Assembly (NCBI RefSeq): GCF_000018105.1
Contig: NC_009925.1
Coordinates: 300,001-332,000 of the forward strand
DNA: 32,000 nucleotides
Reading direction: 5' to 3'
DNA from: Acaryochloris marina MBIC11017
Lineage (GTDB): Bacteria > Cyanobacteriota > Cyanobacteriia > Thermosynechococcales > Thermosynechococcaceae
The notes under the pieces were generated by a model. It was not told where the DNA came from. It made no database searches and saw nothing but the letters and a program-made list of their open reading frames with translations. Shown here piece after piece: positions 1 to 11,482 of the stretch. A program made the position numbers and the translations under genes. Numbering within the stretch: the first letter of the stretch is position 1; every line of letters starts with the position of its first letter.

Positions 1-7
1 TGGGGGA

Positions 8-697
8 ATGAGGCGTAGCCTCAGAAAGGTCAAGGGAGCAAGAAAACAGTTAGATCGCCTCACTGAAGTGGCTACCGAGGATGGGTTACTCAGCCCGTAT
101 CTCATCAAACCGAGAGGTAAAACAAAGTGGCTTTCAGATCATTTGGGACCGCTGCGGCGATTTTTAAAGTCCCATGTGGGTCAACCCTGGGATGACGTTT
201 ACAGCAAACTCTGTCGACGGCTTAAAACCAACACCATGGCGGGACAACATGTACTAAGCCATGTATGGGACTTTGTTGAACTCCATGTTGAAATCATGGA
301 TGGTGTGCTGTACCACAAACCCTACTGGGGCTCTTTTCAGCCTTTAGACTATCGTTGTTATCGGGACAAATTCTATGTGCATCCTGAGACTAGAATTCTA
401 TGTGCAGTTGAAAAGAAACCTCGTAAGCGACAGCGACAAAGGCCGCCATCCGATAGGGTTGTTATCGATGCCTATCATGAATATCAGCAACTAAACGAGC
501 TTTGGTATCTGATTACCTATGAGGACTTTCCCCCTTTCCCTGTGATGACCGTGAGAGATGTGCTGCGGGGCGAAATCCCTCGGCAGACTCGATATGGCAA
601 TATCAATACCCGTTATGCAGTCAAGAAAAAACAGTGTAACAAGAAGGAGATCCGATTTATTTTAAGTCAGATTAAAGCAGTTAAACCTACCTCCTGA
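8..697 (+). CDS. hypothetical protein (no recognisable family); frame is open to the window edge, so the 5' end may be truncated
   Basis: 229-aa ORF with coding-like composition, same strand as and just upstream of nfi. I recognised no motifs. Confidence 0.45.
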   Translation: MRRSLRKVKGARKQLDRLTEVATEDGLLSPYLIKPRGKTKWLSDHLGPLRRFLKSHVGQPWDDVYSKLCRRLKTNTMAGQHVLSHVWDFVELHVEIMDGVLYHKPYWGSFQPLDYRCYRDKFYVHPETRILCAVEKKPRKRQRQRPPSDRVVIDAYHEYQQLNELWYLITYEDFPPFPVMTVRDVLRGEIPRQTRYGNINTRYAVKKKQCNKKEIRFILSQIKAVKPTS

Positions 698-735
698 GAG
701 GGGTTGAAAGTCCTAGCTCTCTGTAGGAGATTGTT

Positions 736-1416
736 ATGCCCCACAAACATCACTTTAACCAGATGAAAAATCCTGAATCGGCCTTTGCCCTTCAGGAAAA
801 ACTGCGGCACCAAGTCATCCGAGAGGACGATTTTGGTCCCCTTGAAACGGTGGCAGGAGTGGATGTTGGATTTGAGGATAAGGATCAAATTGCCTGTGCT
901 GTAGTTGCAGTACTGAGACTATCTGATCTCAAGGTGCAGGAATCTGTGGCGATTCGTCTTCCGGTTACCTTCCCCTATGTACCGGGATTGCTAGCATTCC
1001 GAGAGGTTCCTATCGTCATGGAAGCCTTGGCAAGTCTGAAAACTCGGCCTGGACTCCTAATCTGTGATGGCAATGGCACCATCCATCCTCGTCGGTGTGG
1101 ATTTGCTTGCCATTTAGGAATTGTTAGTGGACTGCCGTCTATCGGAGTAGCCAAAACTCCTTTCATTGGGGAATTTCAACCTCTAGCCGATGATCGTGGG
1201 GCATGGCAGCCGATCACAGATGGGGGAGAGGTTATTGGGGCAGCCCTGCGGACACAAACAAAGGTTAAACCTATCTTTGTGTCCATTGGCCATCGCATTA
1301 GTTTGCAAAGTGCTATTGATTTGGTGCTCCAATGCGCTCCCGCATATCGTTTACCTGAAACCACTCGCCAAGCCGATCAGTTATCCAAGGGCAATGCCCA
1401 ACCTGTCATCTTATAA
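736..1416 (+). CDS. nfi: endonuclease V (deoxyinosine/inosine 3' endonuclease)
   Basis: Typical EndoV motifs in the translation: GVDV, YVPGLLAFRE, CDGNG..HPRR.G.A.H.G, GVAK, PIFVS.GH, YRLPE.TR.AD. AGGAG lies 8 nt upstream of the ATG at 736. Confidence 0.85.
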   Translation: MPHKHHFNQMKNPESAFALQEKLRHQVIREDDFGPLETVAGVDVGFEDKDQIACAVVAVLRLSDLKVQESVAIRLPVTFPYVPGLLAFREVPIVMEALASLKTRPGLLICDGNGTIHPRRCGFACHLGIVSGLPSIGVAKTPFIGEFQPLADDRGAWQPITDGGEVIGAALRTQTKVKPIFVSIGHRISLQSAIDLVLQCAPAYRLPETTRQADQLSKGNAQPVIL

Positions 1417-1421
1417 ACAAT

Positions 1422-1541
1422 CCGCACCCCAACAAGAAAAGCTTACATACTTGGTTGAGTCCTTACTTTATAGGGAGGGCTGCAGGTTCAAATCCTGCTT
1501 TGCTTCGCGCAAAAATGCTTTTCATACTTGTGTGGATTTTT
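1422..1541 (+). ncRNA. candidate structured RNA 'unit A', tRNA-like / Y-RNA-like (YrlA-like?)
   Basis: Manual fold. Outer helix CCGCAC 1422-1427 / GTGTGG 1530-1535. Second 7-bp helix GAAAAGC 1436-1442 / GCTTTTC 1517-1523. Interior holds a canonical T-arm (GCAGG-TTCAAAT-CCTGC, 1482-1498), a 5-bp arm TCCTT/AGGGA (1460-1476) with a 7-nt loop, a GG-containing D-loop-like segment (1446-1455) and hairpin TTTGC/GCAAA (1499-1513). ATTTTT follows the outer helix. TATAAA (1412-1417) lies just upstream. Located directly 5' of a TROVE-like gene. Confidence 0.45.
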
Positions 1542-1603
1542 CAATTGGATATCGTGCTCTTCACCAGGTCGATGTCCTTCATTTTTTACTAATGGCAGTA
1601 TTG

Positions 1604-3201
<1,598 letters not shown>

Positions 3202-3212
3202 TTGATAGCTAG

Positions 3213-3248
3213 TTCAGAGAGCGATTGTTGATGTGATCGCTCTCTGAA
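3213..3248. terminator. 13-bp perfect hairpin between convergent genes (possible bidirectional terminator)
   Basis: TTCAGAGAGCGAT (3213-3225) pairs with ATCGCTCTCTGAA (3236-3248), with a 10-nt loop. It lies between the stop of 1774..3201 (+) and the stop of 3316..3885 (-). No clear U-tract. Confidence 0.4.
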
Positions 3249-3315
3249 TAACCTTATTAAGGGTTCGATCAAACTAAATAAGTCAAATATTGGCCATGTA
3301 TTCTAACGTCGGAAT

Positions 3316-3885
3316 TTACTCAACTGCCATTGAAAAACCTGGAAGAATATCCTCACCAGAAAGAGTAGTTGGCAGATCAAGCACCTCTACCTCCTGTCCA
3401 AACCGATAAATTTCAACCGTTTGATTTTGTGGATCAATGAGCCAACCTAGCCGAAGACCACTATCCAGATACTCCTGCATCTTGGCCTGCAGCAGCTTTA
3501 GCCTATCGCTCTCGGATCGCAACTCAATTACAAAATCTGGACATAAAGGTGGAAACTTCTTCTGTTGATCTTGGGTTAATGTCTCCCAGCGCTCTTGGAC
3601 AACCCATGCAGCATCGGGAGAACGGTCACCACCCTTCGGTAGCTTGAAAACGGTAGAAGAGCTAAATACTTCCCCTAACCTAGCTTGGTCATTCCATACA
3701 ACCAGCCTTGCAATGTGCCTTGCTTCGTCTCTACCCCTTTCACCACCAACAAGGGGCATAATGATCAGCTTTCCTTGTGGGCTCCGCTCCATCGCAATAT
3801 CTTTGTTTGCCATACATAGCTCATAGAACTGCTCATGGGTCAGGCTTGTCGCTATTGGCTCTAGGTTGAGAAGAATCGTAGTCAT
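3316..3885 (-). CDS. Uma2 family (DUF820) restriction-endonuclease-fold protein
   Basis: 189 aa. Typical Uma2 layout, with motifs resembling the family (GGERG..E, SPDAAWV, PDFVIE.RS.SD, EY...G...GWLIDP....VEIY). The family is heavily expanded in cyanobacteria. Confidence 0.75.
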   Translation of the reverse strand: MTTILLNLEPIATSLTHEQFYELCMANKDIAMERSPQGKLIIMPLVGGERGRDEARHIARLVVWNDQARLGEVFSSSTVFKLPKGGDRSPDAAWVVQERWETLTQDQQKKFPPLCPDFVIELRSESDRLKLLQAKMQEYLDSGLRLGWLIDPQNQTVEIYRFGQEVEVLDLPTTLSGEDILPGFSMAVE

Positions 3886-3969
3886 GGAGAGTCTCTCAGC
3901 ATTCGTCTTCTAGCTTCCATGTTGGCATTTATCCAAGGGCATCTCCATTCCATCTGCAGGAGCTTAGCA

Positions 3970-4815
3970 ATGGTCAATATCCATTCTTTACTAAATCACT
4001 TAACTATCCAGGAAGCAGAACTTCTCAACCAGCAGTTTCTAGCACCTTGTGTTCGCAATGGTCATATCCGCACCAAGCTTTCAAACTTGGTTTACACCTT
4101 CAGACCTATCCCCCATGATTTTCAAGGCTGGGGTATCTTTCAACCAGTGGATAGAACCCATGTAAGGGTCAATAGAATGGCAGATCTCCCCCAAATCGAA
4201 GCCTATCTGCACCCTTTACCGACCCTCCGGTTGATACTGGTCCGATTGCTGCAGGGCCAAACCTGGTTAGCTTTTCCCCTCAATGTCAGCGATATGACTC
4301 AACGATGGGGATGGGCCAAACCCGTTCCGATTCATCTGGTAACGGAAGGATCGGCATTTGATGTTGTGATCGCACGCCCAAACACCCAAACTTGGTGGTT
4401 TGACACCCTCGACCGTCGAGCCAACCCCCAACCCTCGGAGTTTCTCAGACAAGCCTTTCAGCAACATACACCCCCTGAGCAGCTCCGCTTCAAAGGCCTA
4501 ACGCCAGAAATGCGCATGGCCTATGAGCTAGCCACTCAGCCATTAGGTGAATTTTCTCAAGCCGAACGCGATCAAAGGCGACTAGCGAAAGCCCTCAAAG
4601 TGGGAGGAGGCACCCTCCAACACTTCTCTAATCAGGAGGAGTACTGGCGAGTGGAGTGGACAACGGCGGAGGGCCAACCACAGATCAGTGCGATCGCAAA
4701 ATCGGACCTCACCGTATTGAGTTCAGGTATTTGTCTCAGCGGACGCGATCTCGATTTTGATCTGGAATCTCTTGTCGGGGTGATTGAACAGGAGGAAGAA
4801 GATTGGTATGACTGA
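3970..4815 (+). CDS. hypothetical protein, translationally coupled to the downstream ThiF/E1-like gene
   Basis: ORF 3919..4815. The ATG at 3970 has AGGAG 8 nt upstream, so I prefer it. The stop TGA (4813-4815) overlaps the ATG at 4808 of the next gene (ATGACTGA). No family recognised. The C-terminal about 85 aa loosely resemble a UBC/E2 core (see findings). Confidence 0.5.
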   Translation: MVNIHSLLNHLTIQEAELLNQQFLAPCVRNGHIRTKLSNLVYTFRPIPHDFQGWGIFQPVDRTHVRVNRMADLPQIEAYLHPLPTLRLILVRLLQGQTWLAFPLNVSDMTQRWGWAKPVPIHLVTEGSAFDVVIARPNTQTWWFDTLDRRANPQPSEFLRQAFQQHTPPEQLRFKGLTPEMRMAYELATQPLGEFSQAERDQRRLAKALKVGGGTLQHFSNQEEYWRVEWTTAEGQPQISAIAKSDLTVLSSGICLSGRDLDFDLESLVGVIEQEEEDWYD

Positions 4816-5443
4816 ACAATTTTTTCATGAGCAGCTATATCGATCTACCCAACAGATGGCGATGCTCCGAGATTATCCGGTGACCGTATGTGGCGCAGGT
4901 GCACTAGGGGCCAACTTAGTGGAAACCCTGGCCCGCTCCGGCTACGGAAAACTTAAAGTGATTGACTGCGATCGCATCGAGACTCGCAACCTTTCTACCC
5001 AGCCCTACTATCGATCTGATGTCGGGGCCTATAAAGGCAAGATCCTAGCCAATATGCTGTATCGAGCTCTGGGAACTACGGTGGACGTGATTCCCAAGCA
5101 GCTCACCGCCGCCAATACCCAGTCACTATTACGGGGGAGTTCTTTGGTTATTGATACCTTCGATAACAGTGTTTCTCGCCAAGCGGTTAAAGACTATTGT
5201 TTAGAGCAGGATATTCCTTGCCTCCATGCTGGATTGGCTGCGGAGTATGCAGAAGTGGTTTGGGAGCCGGAGTATCAAGTGCCATCGGCAACCCATGATG
5301 ATATCTGCGACTATCCCCTAGCGCGGAATTTGGTGTTGTTGACCGTTGCGATCGCAAGTGAAACCATCACTCGATTCATCACGGAAGGTCGTCAACAAAG
5401 CTGTACGATTACCCTTCGAGACTTTGTGATTCACACCAGTTGA
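4808..5443 (+). CDS. ThiF/MoeB/HesA-family E1-like adenylyltransferase (minimal, about 211 aa)
   Basis: Rossmann nucleotide loop VCGAGALGANLVETLARSG, followed by the E1-type motif VIDCDRIETRNLSTQ. ATG at 4808 (MTEQFF...) with GGAGGA upstream. The track's 4784 start is a TTG. Confidence 0.7.
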   Translation: MTEQFFHEQLYRSTQQMAMLRDYPVTVCGAGALGANLVETLARSGYGKLKVIDCDRIETRNLSTQPYYRSDVGAYKGKILANMLYRALGTTVDVIPKQLTAANTQSLLRGSSLVIDTFDNSVSRQAVKDYCLEQDIPCLHAGLAAEYAEVVWEPEYQVPSATHDDICDYPLARNLVLLTVAIASETITRFITEGRQQSCTITLRDFVIHTS

Positions 5444-5580
5444 TAGTTGCAAAATCTCTGTCAGGGATTGTCATGACACAATTAGACTGAAAATCTTCTA
5501 GAAATTCTGAGTGCAATAGTGTAATCTCTTTTTCTGAACGCTTTGAACTCTCTTCATCAAGAACCCAAGTTAACGTTGCG

Positions 5581-6675
5581 ATGGGCTCGGCAATCACTAT
5601 GGACATCCAGCAATCATGGGGATATGGCGTTATTGAAGGCTTCTTTGGTAAGCCTTGGCCTTGGCAAGCCCGATTAGATTACGCCAGTTTTCTCAAACAA
5701 AATGGATATCAGTTCTATATCTATGCCCCTAAAGCCGATCCCTATTTACGGATTCGATGGCAGGACGTTTGGCCAGAGACCACCTATGCAGAACTGAAAC
5801 AGCTCGGGGAACGGTATCGCCAAGCGGGTATCGCCTGGGGAATTGGCATCAATTTGTATGAAATCTTCTTTAATTACGATCAGCAAACGATTGAGCAGCT
5901 AAATACCAAAATTCGATATCTCAATCAGCTTCAGCCGGATATTTTGGCGATTTTGTTTGATGATATGCGAGGAGATTGCGATCGCATTGCCCAGATTCAA
6001 GCTGAAATTACCCACCGAATTACTGAACTGAGTACAGCCAAGACCTTTATTATGTGTCCGACCTACTACAGCAGCAGTCGAATTCTGGATCAATTATTTG
6101 GAGAACGCCCCGACGACTACTTAGAAACCTTGGGGCAGTTAATCGATCCACAGTTGCATATTTTTTGGACAGGGCCAGAGATTTGCTCAAACAGCTATCC
6201 CCTGGAACACCTGCAAGAGGTCAGCCAAAAGCTGGGGCGAAAACCCTTTATCTGGGATAACTACCCGGTCAATGATAGTGCCAACATGTGTAACCATCTG
6301 CATCTCAGGGCTTTTGAAAATCGGCCCTTTCAAATGGCCGACTGGATTTCAGGACATGCAGTTAATCCTATGAATCAAGCCTACCTTTCTCAAATTCCGT
6401 TGCGAACTCTGCACTTAAGCTATCAACAACAAAACGATTATGATCCACCGCAAGCCATGCAGGAAGCCGCTACGTCCCTCTGTGGCCCTACACTGGCCAA
6501 GAGTCTGATAGATCATCTCAGTCTATTGCAAGACCAGGGTTTAGAGCAGATGGGGCCAACCCAAAAAGCAGAGTTAATGACCCAATACCAACCCATGGGC
6601 ACTAAATTCTCACAAGAAATTGTGGGGTGGTTACAAGGAGACTATCCCTTCTCCACAGACTGTCTCACGATGTGA
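5581..6675 (+). CDS. GH84-family beta-N-acetylglucosaminidase (O-GlcNAcase/NagJ-like)
   Basis: GVIEGFFGKPW, YIYAPKADPY, the catalytic-pair context ILFDDMRGD, FWTGPEICS and FIWDNYPVND all match conserved GH84 blocks. Confidence 0.75.
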   Translation: MGSAITMDIQQSWGYGVIEGFFGKPWPWQARLDYASFLKQNGYQFYIYAPKADPYLRIRWQDVWPETTYAELKQLGERYRQAGIAWGIGINLYEIFFNYDQQTIEQLNTKIRYLNQLQPDILAILFDDMRGDCDRIAQIQAEITHRITELSTAKTFIMCPTYYSSSRILDQLFGERPDDYLETLGQLIDPQLHIFWTGPEICSNSYPLEHLQEVSQKLGRKPFIWDNYPVNDSANMCNHLHLRAFENRPFQMADWISGHAVNPMNQAYLSQIPLRTLHLSYQQQNDYDPPQAMQEAATSLCGPTLAKSLIDHLSLLQDQGLEQMGPTQKAELMTQYQPMGTKFSQEIVGWLQGDYPFSTDCLTM

Positions 6676-6801
6676 TCATCAAACCTGAAGGTTTCCTCAA
6701 TCGAAGTCTATCGGTAATCGCTTTTTGCCCAAAGAATATAGACTACGCTCGTGAAAGTAGAGATTCTAGACCGCATTTTTTAACCCCTCACCCTGACACT
6801 A

Positions 6802-7761
6802 TCAGTAGAGCTGGGGAACGAAAAACTGTTCGTTAAGAGGTGGACGGACATAATCTGTCGGAGCTTTCTTTCGGGGTGGCAACTCCATCGGTTCGGGTGT
6901 CATATCTTCGTAAGGAATCTTACTCAAGAAATGGCTAATGCAGTTGAGACGAGCCCGCTTTTTGTCATCCGCTTCCACCGTGAACCAAGGAGCCTCAGGA
7001 ATATTCGTATGGGCGAACATATTGTCTTTGGCCTGGGAATATTCAGCCCAGCGATCGCGGGACTCTAGATCCATGGGACTCAGCTTCCAGCGGCGGGCTG
7101 GATCCGTCGTCCGAGTCTGAAAGCGCCGCTCTTGCTCCTCATCACTGACGGAAAACCAATACTTCAGCAGAATGATGCCGGAGCGAACCAGCATCTGTTC
7201 AAATTCAGGGCAAGTCTGCAGGAATTCCTCATACTGGTCGTCGGTGCAAAACCCCATTACATGTTCAACGCCAGCTCGGTTGTACCAGCTGCGATCAAAA
7301 CAAACAATCTCTCCGGCTGCTGGTAGGTGAGCCACATAGCGCTGAAAATACCATTCTGTCTTTTCGCGATCGCTGGGGGTTCCCAAGGCAACCACCCGAC
7401 AACCGCGAGGATTGAGGGGTTCGGTAATTCGCTTAATGGTGCCGCCCTTACCCGCCGCATCTCGACCTTCAAACACAATGACGATGCGAGTCCCCGTATT
7501 TTTAACCCAGTACTGCATTTTGACCAGTTCAAGCTGGAGACGGGCCAGTTCTTTTTCATACTTCTTTTTGGACAGTTTGGAACTGCCCTCTGATTCCGAG
7601 ATATGGTGAAAGATTTTGCGCTCCGAGGAGAGTTGACGGCTTGCTTTCTGCTTTTTACTCAGTTTATTTTTCTTCTTTATTTTGGGTGGCTTATCCTGTT
7701 GGACCTCAGCCTTTTCAGGTGGGGAATTAGGGGAAGCATTTTGCTTCTTTTTTGATGACAT
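6802..7761 (-). CDS. ppk2: polyphosphate kinase 2 with a Lys-rich N-terminal extension
   Basis: PPK2 Walker-A context VIVFEGRDAAGKGGTIKRI, plus FDRSWYNR and the RW..SP.D block. Confidence 0.85.
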   Translation of the reverse strand: MSSKKKQNASPNSPPEKAEVQQDKPPKIKKKNKLSKKQKASRQLSSERKIFHHISESEGSSKLSKKKYEKELARLQLELVKMQYWVKNTGTRIVIVFEGRDAAGKGGTIKRITEPLNPRGCRVVALGTPSDREKTEWYFQRYVAHLPAAGEIVCFDRSWYNRAGVEHVMGFCTDDQYEEFLQTCPEFEQMLVRSGIILLKYWFSVSDEEQERRFQTRTTDPARRWKLSPMDLESRDRWAEYSQAKDNMFAHTNIPEAPWFTVEADDKKRARLNCISHFLSKIPYEDMTPEPMELPPRKKAPTDYVRPPLNEQFFVPQLY

Positions 7762-7846
7762 TGCTCAAATCCTTCTAGGTTGGATAGCACCCAACATCTA
7801 TCCTAGCCTTAGCTCTTCAGTAGAGTGGCTTAAGTGCGCTCTGAAC

Positions 7847-7882
7847 AAGAAACTCACTTGAGATTCTTCAAGTGAGTTTCTT
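7847..7882 (-). terminator. 15-bp perfect hairpin downstream of glnN
   Basis: AAGAAACTCACTTGA (7847-7861) pairs with TCAAGTGAGTTTCTT (7868-7882), with a 6-nt loop, 21 nt after the glnN stop. Only a weak U-tract. Confidence 0.5.
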
Positions 7883-7902
7883 ATGGTTATTCGCCAGTGG
7901 GG

Positions 7903-10077
7903 TTACTTAATGAACAGCATTTCTTGATAGGTGGGCAAGGGCCAGAAACTATCCGCAATTTCACCTTCTAACGCATCTGCATAGGAACGAACCTCATCCA
8001 TGAGGGGACGAATGGTTTTGGCACAATACATCATCTGCTCTTCTGTCGAACTAAAGTCATGGGGTTCCATCGCTGCAGATAATTTGCTAGTGACGGCTGC
8101 CATCGAATTGGTAAGTTCTGCAATTGTCTTGGCACTGTCCTTATGACAATCGATGCCCAGATCCGACAGGCTGGAGATGGTTGAGGACAACTTGGATAAG
8201 TACTCAACCGCTGCTGGATAAATAATGGTTTTGGCCATATTCGTGACCAGCTTTGCTTCCACCTCAATGGAGAGAATGTATTGTTCAGCATAGACTTCAA
8301 AGCGGCTTTCCAACTCAACGGGGGTTAAGACACCCGTTTTTTGGAAGAGGTCTTCAATGAATTCTGCTTTGAGATAGGGTAAAGCATCGGCAGTGGTGGG
8401 TAAGTTGGCGAGTCCCCGCTCTTCAACGGCCATCTTGTGCCATTCGTCGGAATAGCCATTGCCGCCAAAGACGACTGAACCATGGGTTTCCATCACTTCT
8501 TTGAGTACAGTCAAAATGGCTGTATTCAGTTCGAGTCCCTTCGATAACTCACTTTCTAGGCGATTGCCGATCCATTCCAAGGAATCTGCCAGCATGGTAT
8601 TGAGGACAATCAAGGGACCGGAGACCGATTGGCTGGACCCTACCGCTCGAAATTCAAACCGATTGCCCGTAAAAGCGAAGGGAGAGGTCCGGTTCCGATC
8701 GCCTGCGTCTTTGGTCAGGGGAGGCAGGACGTCGATGCCTAAATCCATCACCCCTTTGTGCTTGGAATCCGTGACCGAGCCATTTTTGATTTGCTCAAAG
8801 ACTTCTTCGAGTTGGGTGCCCAAGTAAACGGACATGATTGCTGGGGGCGCTTCATTGGCACCGAGGCGATGGTCGTTGCTAGCGGTTGCGATCGCAGCTC
8901 GCATCAAAGGACCATATTTGTGCACACCCCGAATCACTGCCCCACAGAAGATCAAGAACTGAGCATTCTCATTGGGGGAATCGCCTGGATCTAGCAGGTT
9001 GCCTTGGGTGGCGTTGCCCACGGACCAGTTCACATGCTTACCCGACCCGTTAATCCCCGCAAAGGGCTTTTCGTGGAGCAAGCAAATAAACCCATGTTTT
9101 TTAGCCGTATGCTTAAGGACCGTCATAATCAACTGCTGATGGTCACTAGCCACATTGGCCGCTTCAAAGAAGGGGGCAATTTCAAATTGTCCCGGAGCCA
9201 CCTCGTTATGGCGGGTTTTGGCAGGAATGCCGAGTTTATAGAGGGTTTCCTCCACATCCTGCATAAACACCTGAACCCGTTCTGGAATGGCCCCAAAGTA
9301 ATGATCGTCAAATTCCTGGCCCTTGGCCGGAGCTTTGCCGAATAGGGTGCGCCCCGCTAGCATCAAATCGGGTCTCTGGCTGGCAAAGTTGGAATCGATT
9401 AGGAAATATTCTTGCTCAGCCCCACAGCTAGAGTTGACATGGGCAATCTCCGTATGGCCCAACAACTTCAGAACTTTGTTCGCAGCTTTATCCATGGCGG
9501 CGATGGAGCGCAACAAGGGGACTTTCTTATCTAACGCTTCCCCAGTCCAGGAAACAAATACGGTGGGAATACACAGGGTGGCTCCATTGTCCGTTTCCAT
9601 AATATAGGCGGGACTAGTGACATCCCAGCCCGTATAGCCCCGAGCTTCAAAGGTGTCCCGAATACCACCATTGGGGAAGGAAGACCCATCCGGTTCCCCC
9701 TGGACGAGCACCTTGCCAGAGAATTCTGAAATAACATTGCCATCCCCTTGAACGGAAATAAAGCCATCATGCTTTTCTGCCGTCAGGTTGGTCATGGGAT
9801 AAAACACATGGGCGTAGTAGAGAGCCCCTTTGGCAAGTGCCCAATCTCTCATGGCCGTCGCCACGGCATCCGCCACGGACGGGTCTAGCTTTTCCCCCGT
9901 GGTAATAGTCTTTTTAATCGATTTGAAGACGGCTTTCGGCAGGCTCGCCTGCATTTTACTTAAGTTAAAGACGTTCTCAGCCCAAATTTTCTCCAGGGAT
10001 TCAGGAGGCTTGGGTGGCATCAATTCCCGATTGGTAATTTGGTGAACAGCTAGGACTCGGGCTTCATTTCCACTCAT
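7903..10077 (-). CDS. glnN: glutamine synthetase type III
   Basis: 724 aa, the length and N-terminal/catalytic blocks typical of GSIII (GlnN) as known from cyanobacteria and Bacteroides. Confidence 0.9.
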   Translation of the reverse strand: MSGNEARVLAVHQITNRELMPPKPPESLEKIWAENVFNLSKMQASLPKAVFKSIKKTITTGEKLDPSVADAVATAMRDWALAKGALYYAHVFYPMTNLTAEKHDGFISVQGDGNVISEFSGKVLVQGEPDGSSFPNGGIRDTFEARGYTGWDVTSPAYIMETDNGATLCIPTVFVSWTGEALDKKVPLLRSIAAMDKAANKVLKLLGHTEIAHVNSSCGAEQEYFLIDSNFASQRPDLMLAGRTLFGKAPAKGQEFDDHYFGAIPERVQVFMQDVEETLYKLGIPAKTRHNEVAPGQFEIAPFFEAANVASDHQQLIMTVLKHTAKKHGFICLLHEKPFAGINGSGKHVNWSVGNATQGNLLDPGDSPNENAQFLIFCGAVIRGVHKYGPLMRAAIATASNDHRLGANEAPPAIMSVYLGTQLEEVFEQIKNGSVTDSKHKGVMDLGIDVLPPLTKDAGDRNRTSPFAFTGNRFEFRAVGSSQSVSGPLIVLNTMLADSLEWIGNRLESELSKGLELNTAILTVLKEVMETHGSVVFGGNGYSDEWHKMAVEERGLANLPTTADALPYLKAEFIEDLFQKTGVLTPVELESRFEVYAEQYILSIEVEAKLVTNMAKTIIYPAAVEYLSKLSSTISSLSDLGIDCHKDSAKTIAELTNSMAAVTSKLSAAMEPHDFSSTEEQMMYCAKTIRPLMDEVRSYADALEGEIADSFWPLPTYQEMLFIK

Positions 10078-10552
10078 GGTGATTCCTCAGGACTCGAACT
10101 TCCTGATGGTACGCAAATTTATTCCTTAAAATGGATAGAACGGATACCGAAATACAAACTGACCTGTATCTCACCTTCTATAGGGCAGATTAGACCAGTG
10201 AGTAAAAACCTTAAAACTCTTTGAGAGAAGGAATAATGGCGTTACTCAAATCAAAAAAATCCCCTGGTATTAATAGAAAAATAGCTTTAATAAAATTTAA
10301 CCTATCGTTCTCAACACGCTGAGTTTGTAAATTCAGCAACGCCATTCGAAGTTGGAGTAATCCAAGCCTAGACCTGAATTGCTTTCATTACTGACATGTA
10401 ATCCAGACCTCTGCTGTGTTCAAAACTACAGAACGCCAGGATCCATTTCGCTTTTCTATAAATAAATTTTTTTCCCAGTGCAGGGGAATTGCTAAACTGG
10501 ATCTTATTAGGAATCTCTCTCAACAAAATAATTCACTTTAAAATTGAACTTT

Positions 10553-11482
10553 ATGGATATCTCTGCTGCATTACCCACCTTTGTTATCACCCTCCGAGAA
10601 GGCGTTGAAGCAGCTCTAGTGGTGGGTATTGTTCTGGCTTGCTTGCAAAAATCGGGAAAAAGTTATCTCAATACCTGGGTTTACCTGGGAATTTTAGCGG
10701 GTTTAGTGGGGAGTGTACTTACGGGCTTTCTTTTGAACTGGACCCTTAACTGGGTAACCGTGAGTAACGCCACCTTTGAACCCATTATTGAGCCATTACT
10801 GAAAAGTGGCTTATGCCTAACGGCCATTGTCATGTTGAGCTGGATGCTGATCTGGATGACTCAGCAAGCGCGCTCCCTCAAGTCAGAAATCGAAGGCTCA
10901 TTGATTTCCGCGTTGCAAAAGAATGGCAAGTCTGCGGGATGGGGGGTGTTTATGCTGATTTTAATTGCGGTTCTTCGAGAGGGATTTGAAACCGTCCTGT
11001 TTATCTTTACCAATTTGCAGCAAGGAACTGCGGGTAGCGTGGGTGCGATCGCAGGTTTGATCGGAGCCACTGGCATTGGCTTTGGTCTGTTCAAATTCGG
11101 GGTCAGAATTAATATCCGCCGCTTTTTCCAGGTGATGGGGATCTTCTTGCTACTGATTGTCTCTGGGTTGGTCGTTTCCGTTTGCAAGAATCTGGATGCC
11201 GCCGCCTTTGCTTGGGAACAAATGGCCATTTCTCCCACAAATCTATGTTTTGCCCAGGATTCGTGCCTCCTGGGTCCCCAATTGTGGGATACAAGCAGGG
11301 TCCTGTCCGATCATCAATTTCCAGGGTTACTGTTTAAGGCCCTATTGGGTTACCGCGATCAGATTTACTTGGGGCAAGCCGTTGCCTATGGCACGTTCCT
11401 CTTCTCCGTCGGCACCCTGTACCTGAGGAGTCTACAACCTCAAGCGGTGGCTCCTACCCCTTCCAAAACCACTGCTTTATGA
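10553..11482 (+). CDS. FTR1-family high-affinity iron permease
   Basis: Two REXXE motifs (TLREGVEAAL and VLREGFETVL) in a multi-TM protein. ATG at 10553; the track start at 10544 is TTG. Confidence 0.8.
   Translation: MDISAALPTFVITLREGVEAALVVGIVLACLQKSGKSYLNTWVYLGILAGLVGSVLTGFLLNWTLNWVTVSNATFEPIIEPLLKSGLCLTAIVMLSWMLIWMTQQARSLKSEIEGSLISALQKNGKSAGWGVFMLILIAVLREGFETVLFIFTNLQQGTAGSVGAIAGLIGATGIGFGLFKFGVRINIRRFFQVMGIFLLLIVSGLVVSVCKNLDAAAFAWEQMAISPTNLCFAQDSCLLGPQLWDTSRVLSDHQFPGLLFKALLGYRDQIYLGQAVAYGTFLFSVGTLYLRSLQPQAVAPTPSKTTAL

Noticed and set aside
1434-1506. Possible genuine tRNA gene (T-arm GGTTCAAATCC, anticodon-like loop ACTTTAT)
   Set aside because: The acceptor pairing AAGAAAA/TTTGCTT has an A-G mismatch. 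Only 1 nt separates the acceptor and D stems. Position 33 is C, not U. A better alternative fold exists (7-bp helix 1436-1442/1517-1523). I treat it as a tRNA-like domain of a larger RNA. tRNAscan-SE would settle the question.
8031-10045. Numerous 60-120-aa ORFs on both strands inside glnN (and similarly inside ppk2, the TROVE gene, the MATE gene and others)
   Set aside because: They are shadow ORFs overlapping long, well-supported genes, with no independent evidence.
10327-10429. NtcA-like sites in the glnN/FTR1 intergenic region: GTA-N8-AAC at 10327-10340 and TGTG-N8-TACA (TGT-N10-ACA) at 10415-10430; also GTA-N8-TAT at 10109-10122
   Set aside because: None is a perfect GTAN8TAC. The spacing to plausible -10 boxes is ambiguous for either divergent gene, and the 10109 site is too close to the glnN start. 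NtcA control of glnN is expected from the literature, but I cannot assign the site from sequence alone.
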